NCBI RefSeq assembly: GCF_032062105.1
Contig: NW_026937303.1
Coordinates: forward strand, 1-64,000
Reading direction: 5' to 3'
DNA from: Saccostrea cucullata
Lineage: Eukaryota
Length of the DNA: 64,000 nt
How positions within the stretch are numbered: position 1 is the stretch's first letter; each line of letters starts with the position of its first letter. A program made the position numbers and the translations under genes. The notes below the pieces were generated by a model that did no database searches, was not told the origin of the DNA, and saw only the letters and a list, made by a program, of their open reading frames with translations. This document shows positions 61,601-64,000 of the stretch, piece by piece.

Positions 61601-63305
61601 CCCCTTTTTTTTTCAAAAATTGCCGGATCTGCCACTGCAACGTCTTCATATTATAGCCAATATTTAAAATTTTATAATTACCAAAAATACAAAAGTATAA
61701 GAGGTGAATTATGGAGATTGTTTAATACTTTCGTAACTTTTTATCCTTCATCTCATGCATAACCCGGGATCTCTTTCACAACTGAATGATCGCATGCATC
61801 AGCAATGTTATTTTCTACGAATATTTGTCAATTTATACACATATCGAAGTCCCAATTTTGGTGGATAGGATACACTTGTAGCATATACTCATGGTGGACA
61901 TTGAATTGTCAAGGTTAGTTGAGATTAAAACGAATTTTAGTCGGCGAATACTATTTTCAATCAGCGTTTTCGCTCTACCAGCCCTTGATTCAAAACAAAT
62001 ATCGTCGCTAATCGACAATCACTGCATTTTATGAGAGTGTAAAATTAACGAAAAATAAATTGCTCATGGAATCACATTCTTATATTTTAATAAAAATATC
62101 AATTATTGCCTGAATCGGGTCAATTTACTACCTGTGTACTGGAATTATTCGCATCTAATGCACAACCGGAAATCGATCTCTTTTGATTGTTATACACAAA
62201 TGCTGGTTGTGCAATTGATCGATTAGCAGGCGTGATATCTTTATTATGGAAAAACTTACTTCTGAAAAACCCAGCGGGAGGTATTTTGTCCCGTTTGGAC
62301 AGTTCTAGTTAACCCAGTCTTGTTTTATTTAAATTGCTTGTTGTTTTAGTTTGTCTCATGTTCTGAGTGATCTCCCAGACTCCATAGAGCCTGACCTCTC
62401 CCAGTTCCTGTTCAGTAAGATCTCGAAGGGTTTACTCTACAATGATGCAGGCAGCATCGCTTCCTTTGTGTACAGGTTTGATTTATTAGCAGGATATATA
62501 TATTCTGTTGATTCCTTATTTGTCTAAGAAATGTATTTTTGTGTGTTATGTCATAAGATAAGTGTGAAGTGAAATCATATGTTATCATACATTTCCAAAT
62601 GTGTTTACTGGAAAAAAAATACTTGTAAATGTAATAGCAAAGTATGTAGGTTTCAAAAGACAAGGTTTTGACAGTAGCCATGTTGTGATTGTTTGTTGGC
62701 ACAGCGAGGGTGAACTACAAAGAGAGATGTCCTGTTATTTCTGTATGTTGAGTGGAGCAGACACCAGTAACGTTGACATCAACCTCGGGAGCGGAGACTC
62801 GGGTAAAGACACGAGTACCAAGTCCCACATCGTATGCTTCCTCACACTCCACGACAACATGCTAGATCAATATCCTCTCAGAGATTAATTGATCCTAATC
62901 AGAAACATTTAATACTGTTTTTATCATGAATAGAAAAACAATTAATTCTTGAATTAAATTATTATCTTTCCTTAACACAGCACTTTCAGACATGAATTGG
63001 ATCTGTATGCTTTGGGACTCTTTAAATTCTTAGAGCAAGAAGTGAGTAAATACTCTGTATCTATAAGTACATGTACTTTTAAATAGTTTTGACATTAATA
63101 TGTTACTGTCAGTATTTAAGTGCACAATTGTTGCATTTCTTAGATGACATTACAAGCATGTTGCACTGTCAGTAATTTGATAATGTTGTTCCAGAATGAA
63201 GCCCAGGTGAAGGTTTACCTGGAGAATTGGTCGTATGAGACAACGGAGTACCTCTGTAGAACCCTGTCAGCTGTAGGACAGGACGTCAAGTACCTGGTGT
63301 ATGCT
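55619..63305 (+). CDS. C17orf75: Protein Njmu-R1 (WDR11-FAM91A1 complex subunit), 5' portion; continues past the window
   Basis: Exons 55619-55683, 55778 (or 55775)-55834, 62350-62475, 62705-62869, 62984-63041, 63195-63305. They give YYALYAY, FSLSHVLSDLPDSIEPDLSQFL..KISKG, IVCFL...MLDHFRHELDLYALGL and VKVYLENW...KYLVYA. These align with recalled Njmu-R1 segments (FSLSL.DTNLP.EVEPELRSFI, VVCFL..LELFRLELDKY, IKSYLSSW). Confidence 0.85.
56384..57161. mobile_element. Kolobok-like non-autonomous element
   Basis: TTAA target duplication; TIR AGGTACTTGGACACAGATTTGAAGTTA with a longer imperfect inverted extension. Confidence 0.8.
57453..62310 (+). mobile_element. HINE-like family A element with a ~146-bp satellite, split by a nested insertion
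   Basis: Same termini as 11175-13912; GACCTTGACCCAAGGTCA recurs at ~146-bp spacing. Confidence 0.78.
58463..62234. mobile_element. Non-autonomous Transib/RAG-like-type element with ~500-bp TIRs
   Basis: CACGCCTGCTAATCGATC ... GATCGATTAGCAGGCGTG ends, a 5-bp duplication ATATC on both sides, and near-identical inverted arms 58463-~58960 / ~61735-62234. Confidence 0.8.
62870..62983 (+). other. U12-type (minor spliceosome) AT-AC intron
   Basis: 5' end ATATCCTC, branch site TTCCTTAAC at 62968-62976, 3' end CAGCAC. Removing it restores the frame: CA|T TTC AGA = H-F-R. Confidence 0.88.
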
Positions 63306-63618
63306 GTGAGTATACACTATCTTTAATTCCTGAATAAGCTCATACACAGTAAAAAATGCTGCCATAAATTATACAATGGATAATGGATGGAATAAGCATT
63401 TGAGTTCTATATTGTAACCATTAGTCAAAGTTTTTGATTCCTGATGAAGCTTACACAAGTAAAAAAAAATGATGCCATAAATTATAATGGAAGTAATAAG
63501 CATTTGAGTTTTATTGTAACCATGAGTCAAAGTGTGTAGATGGATTGTATTCTTCATAACTATGACATATATATATATATATATAATTTTCGAGATTTGT
63601 GATTTCTGACTTTCTTTC

Positions 63619-63619
<1 letters not shown>

Positions 63620-63672
<53 letters not shown>
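63620..63672. repeat. (TA)n microsatellite
   Basis: About 26 uninterrupted TA units. Confidence 0.95.
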
Positions 63673-63675
<3 letters not shown>

Positions 63676-63722
63676 CAAAAGTTTATGTTTTTATTCAGCT
63701 GTAACAGTAAGGAGGAAATGTA

Positions 63723-63795
63723 TGGCTGGACCGGGAATCGAACCCTGGACCCCTGCATTTCTAGTCAGGTGCTCTATCCACTGAGCTATCCAAGC
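63723..63795 (-). repeat. tRNA-derived repeat or tRNA pseudogene (SINE-like head)
   Basis: GCTTGGATAGCTCAGTGGATAGAGCACCTGACTAGAAATGCAGGGGTCCAGGGTTCGATTCCCGGTCCAGCCA. A and B boxes are intact, but the acceptor and anticodon stems are imperfect. A second copy begins at 63985. Confidence 0.7.
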
Positions 63796-64000
63796 TGATA
63801 TCCACGGTCCATAAAGCCCCAACTTCTACATTCCTCCCTCCTTAAACAGTCTTCGACCTCGAAGACACAAGTTCTAGGGCCCTGTCAGGAATGACTAATT
63901 TACACATACACTGTAACCTGAACAAAGCCCCCCACACTGGCCATCAAATGTAGTAGGAAAGGAGAAATGCACGAAAAAAACATATGGCTGGACGTGGAAT

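Noticed and set aside
58960-61735. Transposase or RAG1/RAG2-like coding sequence inside the long-TIR element
   Set aside because: Only short ORFs with no recognisable motifs; nothing supportable by eye.

Overview
AT-rich, intron-rich eukaryotic DNA, most likely a bivalve (oyster-like), judged from the Helentron-associated satellite elements and the single-exon B-box/NHL gene type. Exons were spliced by hand with phase-compatible junctions. This gives seven protein-coding genes: the 3' part of SLF1/ANKRD32 (+), a RING-less B-box/coiled-coil/NHL gene (+), MRPL55 (-), cystinosin CTNS (+), METAP1 (+), MEIOB (-) and the 5' part of Njmu-R1/C17orf75 (+). Introns and intergenic DNA are full of non-autonomous DNA transposons (Helentron/HINE-like, Tc1/mariner-, hAT-, Kolobok- and Transib-like), often nested. 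Three signals stand out. (1) At least eight exon-intron junctions in four genes have been amplified into tandem arrays that copy the splice site, from 2 to about 95 copies. (2) Njmu-R1 has a minor-spliceosome AT-AC intron. (3) A 3.8-kb element with CAC...GTG ends, ~500-bp inverted repeats and a 5-bp target duplication looks Transib/RAG-like. Most short ORFs in the supplied track are spurious or are exon fragments.
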